A DNA stretch of 64,000 nt, taken from positions 174,594,001 to 174,658,000 of the forward strand of contig CM059425.1 of NCBI GenBank assembly GCA_030390025.1. Direction: 5' to 3'. A program made the translations under genes and the position numbers. Of the stretch, positions 52,345-64,000 are shown in pieces; the stretch's first letter is position 1; each line of letters starts with the position of its first letter. This DNA is from Squalus acanthias. Taxonomy: Eukaryota. Under the pieces are notes generated by a model that made no database searches, had not been told where the DNA came from, and saw nothing but the letters and a program-made list of their open reading frames with translations.

Positions 52345-53646
52345 TGAGCTGGTGGCTGCAACTCTCAGATCGAGCGACGGTGCTTTTTCTTCATTATCAC
52401 TCTCCTCTCCCTCTTCTTCTTGAACCTCTGGCTGGGCAGGTTGAATTTCTTGGGTCTCTGAAATGCGAAAGGCACAAAGGTAGTGTTGTGGTGAGGGGAG
52501 GGGGGAAAGCAAGAGGTGCATGCTTACATCAAGTGCAGCTTGTAAATTAGAAGAGATTGTGGGATGAGGGGAAAGTGGGATGTGCTAGGGAGGATAACGT
52601 ATGAGGATGCCATTATCTTGTACTCTTTCAGCACCGCCGCTGGCCATGGGCTCAGCCATGCCCCTCCCAAGAATGGCCAGCACCACCTCCTCCATGTGGG
52701 TGAGGTCATGCAGGCAAGCCTGTCCTCCACCGGTGAGGTTCTGCTGGCGTCGGTTATGCGCCACCTTGACCTGCAAGAGCAAGGTAAGTGAGTTCTGAGT
52801 GTGGCACAATGTGTTTGGATGATGCGCCTGTCATTGTTGTGACAGTGTGTGCAAGCTGTGAGATGTGGGTATAAGGCTTACAGCAGTGGTAAGTGTGTGA
52901 GGGTGGGATGGAGCATATGAATGTGAGGTATGAGTCGTGATTGATAGAAACTGTTGGTAGGTAAGTGATGGGGGTGTGGTGAATTGAGCAGTGTGTGAAG
53001 CGAGTGGTGCAGTTTGTGGGATATGGCATTTGAAGATGAATTCACTGACCTTGACCACTCGTGTTCTTCTTCCTGCACTGCATCCACATCCTTGGGGCTA
53101 CACTGCTGGCATTGACCATAGTGGCTATCTGCTTTGCTCTGTTGCTTGGAGGGTCTCCTGGCCCACTGTAGAAACAGGACCTCCTGCACTAAGGCCTCCA
53201 GTACTGCATCGAAGAACCTTGGTGCACACTCTCTTCCCTGTTGTGCATCATTAATAGTTTCTTTCCACTATCTTCCTCAGCCAGTTCAATGATCTGGAGA
53301 TATGTAATTTTGGATCTCTGCCAAGCAGGTTCATTATGCACATATCCACTGGGCAAATAGTGGGGAGGAAATTTGAGGTGCAGGCAGAATGCACCTCCCC
53401 TTTAAGAGCTGCAGACTGCCATTAAGTAGTGCAGGCTAGCTTTAATTGGAGCTAGTCTCGCACGAACTTTGGCCCCCTGCTGAGCATTCAGCAACTCAGC
53501 AGCGTGTTCAACACTGGGCTGAGCGCCACAATCATTGAAATAAGCAGGCAGCACAAAGTTTGTGTGCTGCCTGGAACTCTCCGGCATGAGGATCATGATG
53601 TGCCAGCAACCCATGCCCTTTTTTGTGCACAAGCAAATTTCTAGAC
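52345..53646 (-). pseudogene. Truncated Harbinger arm with degenerate 3-exon Myb/SANT gene
   Basis: Exon 1 ~53250-53050 (APRFFDAVLEALVQEV), exon 2 52770-52611 (VKVAHNRRQQNLTGGG), acidic exon 3; TIR-like aaatttctagacc ending 53646. Confidence 0.8.
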
Positions 53647-54289
53647 CATTGTATTCAGACTCCACCTCAAAATTCCTCCCCACTATTTATTTGCCCAGCG
53701 GACATGTGCATAATGAACCTGCTTGGTAGAGATCCAAAATTACATATCTCCACCAAATTTTCCACTCTGTTATGGCAAGTTTGCACTAGCTTATGGTTTT
53801 AAAGAAATGAAACACACCCTCACTGACATTGACTTTGAGTGAAAAAATATTACAGATTGGAACTAGCTGGGGAGAGGCTGGAGAGAGGCTGAAAGAGAGT
53901 AGACTCCAGATTTAACATGTCCAGTCACTGCAGAACATAACAGTGACATAACAAACAGAATCCTGAGATTTATATTGCCAAATCACTGGAATACAAACCT
54001 GGCATCATAAAATACTAAAACTGTATACTGTGCTGGTCAGGCTGCATCTTGAATATTGCATTCAGATTCTGTAACCAAGGCACAAGGAAATCATCGAAGA
54101 ACTGGAAGTGATGCAGAGAAGAGTCATAAAGTTGATCCCTCCTACTACTTTATCGCCCCGAACCTAAATTTCCCTCCTCCTGCCCCCACCAGGACTCCTG
54201 CTGGCCATTCCTTCCCCACCTGCTGCATGCACATTCCTGCTGGTGGCACATGACATGGGCTCCTGGCCCATTTCCCACTAATCCACCCC

Positions 54290-54890
54290 TGGTGCGGGAT
54301 AGGATACAGGTAGCACAATCTTAAATGAATTGAAGTTTACAGTGTGGAGACCGACCAGGAGAGCATTGGACTAGTCAAGTCTGGAGGTGACAGAAGCATG
54401 GATGAGGGTTCCTTGGCAGATGAGCTGAGGCAGGGGCACAGGCTGGTGATATTACGGAGGTGAAAATAACAGGTCTTAATGATGCAAAGAATAAGGGGTC
54501 AGAAGCTCAGCTCGGGGTCAAATACAACATCAAGAAACAGTCTGAAACAATGGCCAGGAAAGGAGATGGTATCGGTGGTGCTGGTATGGCATTTATGGCA
54601 AGGGCCGAAAACGATAGCTTTAGTCTTCCCAATGTTTAACTGGAGGAAATTGTGGCTTATCCAAGACTGGATATTGGATAAGATGTCTTGACAACACAGA
54701 GGCAGTGGAGGGGTCAAGAGAGATGGTGGGAGTAGAACTGCATATTGTCAGCAAAAATGTGGAAGCTGATGACATGTCTGCAGATGATGTCACCAAGGGG
54801 CAGCATGTAGATGTGGAAGAGGAGGGGACCAACGACAAATCCTTGGGGTCTCCGAAGGTAAGGTTTCAGGGTCGGGAGGAGAAGCCACAG
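54290..54890 (-). mobile_element. L2 RT fragment
   Basis: PQGFVVGPLLFHIYMLPLG...FHIFADNMQ; WISHNFLQLNIGKT. Confidence 0.8.
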
Positions 54891-56200
54891 ATGCCAGTCT
54901 TCAGCCAATTCGGTTCACTCCACGTGATATCAAGAAACGGCTGAGCGCACTGGATACGGCAAAGGCTATGGGCCCTGACAAGATCCCAGCTGTAGTGCTG
55001 AAGACTTGTGCTATAGAACTAGCCGTGCCTCTAGCCAAGCTGTTCCAGTTCTAGTACAGCGACAAGACTGGCACCTACCCGACAAAGTGAAAAATTCCCC
55101 AGGTATGTCCTGTCCACAAAAAGCAGGACAAATTCAATCCGACCATCAGCCTACTCTCAATCATCAGCAAAGTGATAGGAGGTGTTGTCAACAGTGCTAT
55201 CAAGTGGCACTTACTTACCAATAACCTGCTAAACGATGCCCAGTTTGGGTTCTGCCAGGATCACTCGGCTCCAGACTCATTACAGCCCTTGTTGTTGTGG
55301 TTGTTGGAAGCCTATCATCTCAGCCCCAGGATATCGCTGCAGGAGTTCCTCAGGGCAGTGTTGTAGGCCCAACCATCTTCAGCTGCTTCATCAATGACCT
55401 TCCTTCCATCATAAGGTCAGAAGTGGGGATGTTTGCTGATGATTGCATAGTGTTCAGTTCCAATCGCAATTCCTCAGATAATGAAGCAGTTCGTGCTCAC
55501 ATGCAGCAAGATCTAGACAACATCCAGGCTTGGGCAGATAAGTGGGAAGTAACATTCGTGCCACACAGTGCCAGGCAATGACTATCTCCAACAAGAGAGA
55601 GCCTAACCACCGCCCCTTGACATTCAATGCCATTATCATCATTGAATCCCCCACCATCAACATCCTGGGGGTCACCATTGACCAGAAACCTAACTGGACC
55701 AGCCACATAAATACTGTGGCAACAAGAGCAGGTCAGAGGCTGGGTATTCTGTGGCGAGTGACTCACCTCCTGACTTCCCAAAGCCTTTCCATCACCTACA
55801 AGGCACAAGTAAGGAGTGTGATGGAATACTCTCCACTTGCCTGGATGAGTGCAGCTCCAACAACACTCAAGAAGCTTGACACCATCCAGGACAAAGCAGC
55901 CCGCTTGATTGGCACCCCATCCACCACCTTAAACATTCACTCCCTGCACCACCGGCGCATCGTGGCTGCAGTGTGTACCATCTACAAGATGCACTGCAAC
56001 AACTTGCCAAGGTTTCTTCGCCAGCACCTTGACAGCAGGTGCATGGAAACACCATCACTGTGGGAGTACCTTCACCACATGGACTGCAGCGGTTCAAGAA
56101 GGCAGCTCACCACCACCTTCTCAAGTGCAATTAGGGATGGGCAATAAATGCTGGCCTTGCCAGCGACGCCGACATCCCAGGTACGAATAAAGAAAAAATA
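54890..56200 (+). mobile_element. Second non-LTR family fragment with internal deletions
   Basis: GVPQGSVVGPTIFSCFINDLP, MFADDC; 3' tail. Confidence 0.92.
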
Positions 56201-58385
56201 CAGACACGATAGAGATAAATGCGTATGATCTAATAGCCATTTCTTATCTCCACCCATACTGATTCTACTTCCTGATCTTCTGAGCCAAGATCCTTTCTCC
56301 CTACTGTCCTTATGTCATCCTTTATTATCAGGGCTACCACCTCCCCACCCCAGCTCCTTTTCCAGTCTGCCTGTCTTTTCGAAACGCAAGTACCCTGGAA
56401 TATTTAGTTCCCTAACTTGGTAACCTTGCAACCACCTCTCTGTGATGGCTATTAGATCATACCATTTATCTCTATTTGTGCCACTAATTCATCTATCTAT
56501 GCTTCGTTCATTCAACTAAAGAGCCTTTAGTTTTCATATTTTACCATTATTCCCTGCTTTCACCTTATTCGCTGATGCACTATTACCTTTAAACTCTCTG
56601 ACATACACTGCTTATATTTACCCAATTTCCTACATTGCTCTATTGCCTTGACTTTTCTCTTTAGATTACTAAATTTCCCCTCACCTGCCCCCTCCCGCCC
56701 CCAACTTTTTAGTTTAAAGCCCCAGTTATTCGATTTACAAGGACACTGGTCCCAGCCCTATTTAAGTGGAGTCTGTCCCAACAGAACAGCTCCCTCTTTC
56801 CCATTACTAGTGCCAGTGCCCCATGAATTGAAACCCCTTCCTCCCACACCACTCTTTGAGCCATGCATTTAACTCTCTGATCTATGCCAATTTGCCCGTG
56901 GCTCAGGAAGTAATCCAGAGATTATTACCTTTGAGATTCTGCTTATTAATTTAGATGCTAGCTCCTCAAACTCCCTCAGCAGAACCTCATTCTTTGTTCT
57001 ACCTATGTCGTTGGTTCCTACATGGATCACGACAACTAGATCCTCCCCGTCCCACTCCAAATTCTTCTCCAGCTGCGAGGAGATATCCTTAACCCTGGCA
57101 ACATAGCCTTTGGAACTCCCACTTGCGGCTGTAGGGAACAGTATCTATCCCCCCGACTATACTGTCCCCTACCACTACCACATTCCTTTTTACTCCCCCC
57201 ACTTGAATGGCCGCCTGTACCATGGTGCCGTGGTCAGTTTGCCCATTCTCCCTGCAGTCCTTGTTCTCATCCATGCAGGCAGCAAGTACGTCGTACCTGT
57301 TGGACAAGGTCAAGGGCTGAGGCTCCTCCATCACTCCATCCGTGGTCCTCATACCTGCCTGACTTGCAGTCATACCCTCCTGTCCCTGACCACTGACTAA
57401 CTCTAAAGTACTACTTAACCTAAGGGGTGTGACTGCCTCCTGAAACAAAGTGTCCAGGTAACTCTGATGCATCGAAATATCTGCAGCTCCGATTCCAGCT
57501 CACAACTCTAAGCCGAAGTTCCTTGAGTTGCAGACACTTACCGCAGATGTAGTTGCTTGGAATCTCGCTGCTCTCCACAAACTCCCACATGCTGCAGTTA
57601 TGACATACCACCTGCCCTGCCATCCCAATCTAACTTTGTTTTATTTATTTAATTTGTTAAAGTTTTTATTCAATTGCTTATTTATAGTTATATTAGTTAA
57701 TTATTCAATTAATAGCTTAACTAGATAAACTAAAGTAATAGCTATAGTTCCCTAGCTCTTAGTTTAAATCACTACCCTAGCTTAGAGGGAAAAAAACATT
57801 GTAATACTCACCAACCAATCATCTACCTGCTGTCCTGTGACGTCACACTTTGATTTTTGATTTTTTTTTGCTCTCTCTCCGCCGCTCCTTTTATCCCCAC
57901 TTCTCCTGCCTCTGGTCTCGCTGCTGGTCTCGGGCCTTGGGTCGCCATTCCTTTTATCCCCACTTCTCCTGCCTCTGGTCTCGCTGCTGGTCTCGGGCCT
58001 TGGGTCGCCATTCCTTTTATCCCCACTTCTCCTGCCTCTGGTCCCACTCTCGCTGCTGGTCTCGGGCCTTGGATCGCCACTCCTTTTATCCCCACTTCTC
58101 CTGCCTCTGGTCTCGCTGCTGGTCTCGGGCCTTGGGTCGCCACTCCTTTTATCCCCACTTCTCCTGCCTCTGGTCCCACTCTCGCTGCTGGTCTCGGGCC
58201 TTGGGTCGCCACTCCTTTTATCCCCACTTCTCCTGCCTCTGGTCCCACTCTCGCTGCTGGTCTCGGGCCTTGGGTCGCCACTCCTTTTATCCCCACTTCT
58301 CCTGCCTCTGGTCTCGCTGCTGGTCTCGGGCCTTGGGTCGCCATTCCTTTTATCCCCACTTCTCCTGCCCTCGCTGCTGGTCCCA
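56200..58385 (-). mobile_element. 5' part of a CR1 (5' UTR, ORF1, start of ORF2)
   Basis: CHNCSMWE...CGKC, LSNRY, VVVGDSIV, HVGTNDIG. Confidence 0.9.
57885..58382. repeat. Tandem array of ~8 units of 63/69 bp at the CR1 5' end
   Basis: ttatccccac at 57891, 57954, 58017, 58086, 58149, 58218, 58287 and 58350. Confidence 0.97.
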
Positions 58386-59073
58386 TGAATGAATAAAAAA
58401 AATTAAAAATTTAGAATGTGCTCATGATTTCAGTTGAAGTAGTGAACATAGGCAATCTTTACAAACTCACAATGACATTAAAGATAGTGAGCAGAAGAAT
58501 TCCTTCCCGAGGTGTGTTAACATGGTTCTGTCAAAGGTAGTTTTAGTAAGCAATTGTCCAAATCACTGTAATGCAAAATAAAATAGTGGCATTAATTTAT
58601 AGATTATTTCTAACACAGAATATGCAGTGCAGTGGCAAGAGTTGTTAATGTAATATCAAAGTAACATGTTTGTTGGTGAGTTTATCCAAGACTTACACAT
58701 TGCACAGATCGAACAAGGAGAAGGAAAAAAAGAGAAATAGTGAGAATGGGAACTGCAGGGACAGGCTTTTGTGGAGAATGGTGCTCATCTACCTTCTCAT
58801 TTCCAGAATTAGAAACCCTTGGGGCACATGTTATATTTTTTTTGCCTGCTGAGCTTGCACTTGCACTGTTTTGTGTGGTGTTACATTGGTAAGTACTATT
58901 ATGCAGAATGGTGTGATCTGCATATTAAAAATCAAATTCAAATGCAGTATTTTCAATACTTAGAAGTAGAAGCTGCCACTTTCTGGTTGATTTTAGGAGA
59001 GGTGGCTGAAAACAATATTGTACAGTTTCTTTTCCTTAATTAAAAAAAATCTTAACTTAAGATCCTTTCACAG

Positions 59074-59173
59074 AAGAAGGAAGGGAAACAGAAGCTGAGT
59101 CATCCAGTTTGATCTCACACACCTTCAAGCAACTGGCTTGAGCACAGCATTGACAGGTGCCTGAGGAACGGAG
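59074..59173 (+). other. Candidate non-coding exon
   Basis: cttaac branch-like site, cctttcacag| acceptor and GAG|gtgagt donor; all three frames closed. Confidence 0.4.
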
Positions 59174-59423
59174 GTGAGTTCATCTGGTCATTCTTTCTGA
59201 CAAGGAATGGCCGGTTGTGGGGAAGAGAACCTAAACATGGGGGGAATGAAATAAAAATAAACAAAGACTGTGTAAATACATCCCCAAAATATTTTATTGA
59301 AACATTATTTAAAAATCCATTCACAGCTGCAGTTAATTTTAACAAAAGGGAGCAGTGAGATTTGTATAGACCATTTGTTACAAAAAATCAAATAGATTTT
59401 GCCCTTGATAATGTTGAAACAAA

Positions 59424-60021
59424 GAGGGAGAAATTGGTCCCCATCGTGCCTATTTTTTGGGTGCAAAATTCATGTTGGTTGACCAATTTCCGGAAGTGAT
59501 CTCCCGTGGCCGAATCTCCCCGGAAGTGCGGCGGCTGCCAAACTTAGCAAAAACTGGGTACATCAAGTGCTGCACATGCTGTACTCAGTTTCTCCGGTCT
59601 ACAGCGGCCTAATCAGCAGTCCTTAAAGGGACTGCAAGAGACTGCTGAAGAACAGGTACGTTTTCGATATCTTACTTACCTTAATCTGGAGTCAAGAGGA
59701 GCATTCCTGCTCCTCCTCATTCCACAGCAATACTGCAGGCTTCTGTTGGCCCACGTTCGACCTCCTCCCGTTCGCCCCTCTCCTCCGCCCCCCCTCCCAC
59801 CCCCGCAAGCTTCCCCTCCCGTTGGCGTCTGAGTCAAACGATTTTGAGAAGGCCCTGATAGCCAAACTGCATTAGGACTCCCGATTGCCATCTGCAGCTC
59901 ACTGGTATTATGCAAATGAGACCCAATTTTCAGCAAGCCTCAAGCCTCTATCTTCGGGCACGCATTCAAGGCGCGCTGCACACTTTGCGCCGGCTTTCGG
60001 AGGGAAACCAATTTCCTGGCC
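59424..60021. mobile_element. Harbinger-like MITE
   Basis: gaaattggt/accaatttc inverted ends around a CpG-rich interior. Confidence 0.55.
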
Positions 60022-60094
60022 ATAATCATTTCGTAGAGAAATAAAAAGTGATATGCTCCCATTTAAGGAACATATTTCACACATTATTCAACCT

Positions 60095-60545
60095 GGGCAA
60101 CCTATTTGACTCTGAGCTGAGTTTCTGATCCGATATCCTCTCCATCACAAATAGCAACTACTTCCACTTCTGTAAAATTGCCTGCCTCTGGCCCGACTCA
60201 GACCACCTACTGCTGAAACCTTTAGCCCTGCAGTTGTCATCTCCAGAGTCAACTGTTCCAATGTTATCCTGGCAACCCCCCATCAAATTTTCTCTTCCTC
60301 TGATTCTGGCGTCGTGCATCCCTCCCTTCCTTCACCCAACCATTGGCCTTCAGCTGCCTAGGCCCCACATTCTGGAATTCCCTCCCTAAAACTCTCCACC
60401 CTCCTGCTCCTCCTTTAAGACACTCCTCAAAAACCAGCTCTTCATCCAAGTTTTTGGTCATCCCTCCAAATATCCCTTTCTTTGGCGCTCATTTTTTTCC
60501 TTACACCTCTGTGAAGCACCTTGAGACTTTTTTCTGCATTAAAGG
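60095..60545 (+). mobile_element. L2 3' fragment
   Basis: AFSCLGPTFWNSLP; L2-type tail. Confidence 0.7.
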
Positions 60546-61499
60546 CACTATGTTGCCTTCCTAGCTAGACCCCAGGCTAACGAATATAGTTACTACCTCA
60601 ACTCCTCTGTCCTTGCAAACTACCATCTCCAACCTCCTTTTCCTCTTCAGCCCTTGAATGTCCTACGGAGGACCTTTACATAAGCAAATCAGGGGCCTAA
60701 AGCCTGTTTGAGGTCCCTTCTCCAAGAGTGGTTTGCCCTGAGGCTGCCAGGGCCATTGCGGGCTGCATTCAGAAAAACCAGCCCTTGAGTTCGCCTGCAA
60801 CAAAGAAGGTAAGTAACTTCCCTGAAAGTGGAGCCGCAAGGAGCAGGAGTGCACATTAAAGGACCCCATCGCCACCGCTCCTGGCCCGACCCATGGCCTC
60901 GATTTCCCCTCTGCTCTTGACACGACTCCCGCAATCCCTGACCCCCGTGATACCTGCGATCTCCGACCCTGACCCAGGCCCTGACCCCCACCCCACATTC
61001 TCTCCTGCCCTGGACCACAGGCCCAGTGTTCCTTCGCACCTCGACTCTCAAACCCCCAGATCTGCGTTCCCTTGCCCCTTGATTCACGGACCCTTGATCC
61101 CAGGCTCTGCATTACCTAGCCCTCAAATCCCTGGACCCACATTCCCTCGCTCCCCCAACTCCCACAATCCTTGGACTCCCAGACCCACGTTTCATCACCC
61201 TGCAGAAGCCCAATTTTATATTACAACCCACGCCGGCTGCTGTTGCACTGCACTGGCTCCGTTATACCAATATCTGGGGAGCCTTGGGTCTCACCATTCT
61301 GCTGCAGAGAATGTACCTTGCAACCCCTGCGCGTCCAACGCCTGAATTTCTAGACCCATGTTTACAAATTCTTATTCAAGACTATGGAAATAGTTTGGAA
61401 AACCTTTATTAAAAGCACAATTGCCACTTTTAATTGTTAGGCTACTATCAGGCGCCATCTAGTGAGGATCTTTTAAATATATCTCGTGAGGAAGATATT

Positions 61500-62113
61500 G
61501 ATATGTTTTAACCAGTTTTCACCTGTTGCTGTGGTGGATCTGCAGGAAAGGAGGACAGAAAATAAGAATGAGTGAGCATCACCCCCTTGGGATTAAGCCA
61601 TCAGAAGGGGGTGGAAGGTTGTGTCTGTGTGGTGCTTCAGAGGATGCCAGGTCGGTGGTGCAGGCGCTCAGTCAGTAACTTGGTGCCAGCAAGATTCCAT
61701 CGACCTCGCTATCTCCGACAGCAAGAGCTGAGTAGTTCCCCATAAGCTCTGAGACCTTCTCCTCGAAGAGGGTGAGGTACGTCAAGTTGGGGAACCACAC
61801 CACCCCCTCCTCCCGCCCCCCCCCCCCCCACTCCAGTGCTTTGCAAGAAGATAGAGTGATTGAGGATAAGGCTAGCAGTTGAGGAGTGTGTGCCAAGTGG
61901 CATACGAGAGGTGAAGTACGAGATATGCGGGTATCAGGCTGCTAAAGTGGAGGAAGGGGTCTTACATCGGGTTTACACCAATGCCTTCTCTCAATGGGTA
62001 CGCAAATGAGCAGACCCAGGAAACTCATGTGTAACTCCTTCTTGAGGCTACTAGGGTGCAATTTTTTTTAAAGGGAACAAATGGTGTAACTCATTCTGAG
62101 GAAATTCTAGGCC
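61500..62113 (-). pseudogene. Harbinger Myb-gene exon 2 remnant
   Basis: GGG..LTLFEEKVSELMG...AVGDSEV parallels exon 2 at 40219-40057 and 52770-52611; aattctaggcc end. Confidence 0.45.
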
Positions 62114-62739
62114 ATTGGTTCTGAAAAGCTATGGGGTAGCACATCCTGGTGTAAGTGCTGAAAGGGGCCCATTCTGGGCTTCCACATCTGATTCTGCCAA
62201 AGTTTCCTTGGTCAGGGGGAGGTCCCATGCTTTTACTGCATTAAGCAGGTTCAAGGAGCAGGTACTGGATTGTTCCTCCTTCCCTACCAATGAAGCTGGA
62301 AAATCCAGCCAAAGAAACAGGTCTCCATAGAAAAATTCTAATGTTCCTGCAGCCTACTTGCAAAGGGGGCATTTTCTTTTTTTAATTTGCACAAATCTTG
62401 GGGGGTCGACTCTTTGATCCCGCCCTGGACTCCCAGGTGGGTCCCACATCCGCCTCTTGGTCGGCCAATATGTCAGGTTTCCAGGCATACCTGCACTAAC
62501 CATACGACAGGTTCCAAAGAAGGCCCGGGGAATGGAAACTCTTCCCCTCCTTGCATTACACTTGTGGCCTTGTAAAGGATGGATGGAGGCTCTGCCATCT
62601 TGGAAGGTGCACTGATAGGTCAGGACTAAGTGTAGCTGTGTTGAGACCTAGTTTCCATCCATTCTGCTGTATTCCAGCTGAAGTTACAGCGGGAGTACAC
62701 CAGAACAGTCATGGATTTTGGGGGCTATAGTGTTTTTTA

Positions 62740-63015
62740 GAATTGCATAGAATGTACAGCACAGAAACAGGCCATTCGGCCCAACAGGTTTATGCCGGTG
62801 TTTATGCTCCACACGAGCTTCCTCCCACCCCTCTTCATCTAACCCCATCCATACCCTTCTATGTTGGACTTGGAGGAGGTGTACAGTGACAATGACTCAG
62901 AGGAAAATGGTCCTCAGCAACATTGTGGCACCGTGGCGCAATTGACTACTTAGAGGGTGTGAGAAGCAGGTGTACTAAAGGAATAGCAGAGTGGTAGTAT
63001 TGGGAGATTCTAAAG
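62740..63015. mobile_element. CR1 3' tail (-) abutting a CR1 ORF1 scrap (+)
   Basis: Tail is the reverse complement of 43790-43896; VVVLGDS-encoding segment at 62990-63012. Confidence 0.65.
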
Positions 63016-64000
63016 TAATTTTCCTTTCAGTGTATTGCATTTTTTCACTTTAACTATTGTTTATTTAGGTAATACTTTGCTTGTCCAAAGTATACTACAA
63101 GGCAATAACTGCCCAACGAATTAAATGCAGTTGATCCAGGCAGTAGCTATTTAATATCAGGGTAACAGCTGCTTATTGCACAGGACACCATGCAAGGTTA
63201 TCATTATTACAGTATTACAGTAACAAAAAATGATAGAATAAATAGAGGTATATTTACATTATTTTTTTCCTGAAAAACGGACTTTGGATCTAGTACTGTA
63301 ATCCCATTTTATGTCAGCAGATGACACTACAGCCATTTTTACAACCATGTTGAAACAACATACATGCTTTTTGAAAATATTTATATATATCTCATGAATG
63401 TCTTTATCAACCGTTTCTAGTAACTTCTACTTTATTCCTGATTTTTTTTCCTTTATTTGATGTATGATCACGTTTCAATTTACACATTGTACTTGAGTAT
63501 GGTATATTGTCCAGTGTGCATCATAAAATTACCTTTTTAGCTTTTTAAGCCATTCATTTTTGTTTGCTTCCTCCTTGTTTTCCCCCGAGGAAAAAAACAT
63601 CAATAAATTTGGATGGACAAATCAGCCAACAGAGAAATGAAAGAAAGAACTAGCATATATATAAAACATGTTCTAAAGGCTATCACAAAGTGCTTTACAC
63701 CTAATGCCTTACTGTTGTTTTGCAGGCAAACGCAGCAGTTAATTTGTGCACGCAAAATCCCACAAACAGCAAATAAGATAAATGACGAGATAATGGGGTT
63801 GAAAGTACACAGTGAGAACTACTCCCAGAGCACCAATAGATTGTGTAAGTGAAATTACCTCACATATCCAGCAAGGTCAGCTCATTTGTGTGCAGGCATA
63901 TGCAGTGACTGGACTAGGCTTCCCAACTCTCCTGGAATGACTGGGAGCTTCCCAGAATCGGGGTTTACTATCCCGCCGCAGTGCATCCACATGAACATCA

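Noticed and set aside
57885..58382. CRISPR-like array
   Set aside because: Head-to-tail units with no unique spacers, in a eukaryotic context.
57823..58396. Collagen-like or repeat-protein ORFs
   Set aside because: No sustained Gly-X-Y; frames stay open because unit lengths (63/69) are multiples of 3.

Overview
Eukaryotic, repeat-rich vertebrate DNA; the repeat repertoire (CR1 LINEs with SGNH-esterase ORF1, L2, tRNA-SINEs, Harbinger elements, Penelope tails) looks like a cartilaginous fish (inference). No rRNA, tRNA or CRISPR features. The centrepiece is a complete two-gene PIF/Harbinger DNA transposon (35977-41155; perfect 16-bp TIRs, TTA TSD). It carries a HARBI1-like DDE transposase (+) and a convergent three-exon Myb/SANT-like gene (-). 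The Myb gene is broken by a stop, a solo LTR and a Penelope-type insert with a hammerhead-like core. The transposon sits inside a full-length CR1, itself inside a CR1 tail inside an L2 (five nesting layers). Two non-autonomous relatives and three more Myb/SANT remnants of other Harbinger families are also present. A CpG-island promoter at ~25.5-26.1 kb appears to start an unidentified minus-strand host gene, with candidate exons at ~21 kb and ~7 kb. The Harbinger system is a known class; the specific family, its subterminal motifs and several rearrangements may be undescribed.
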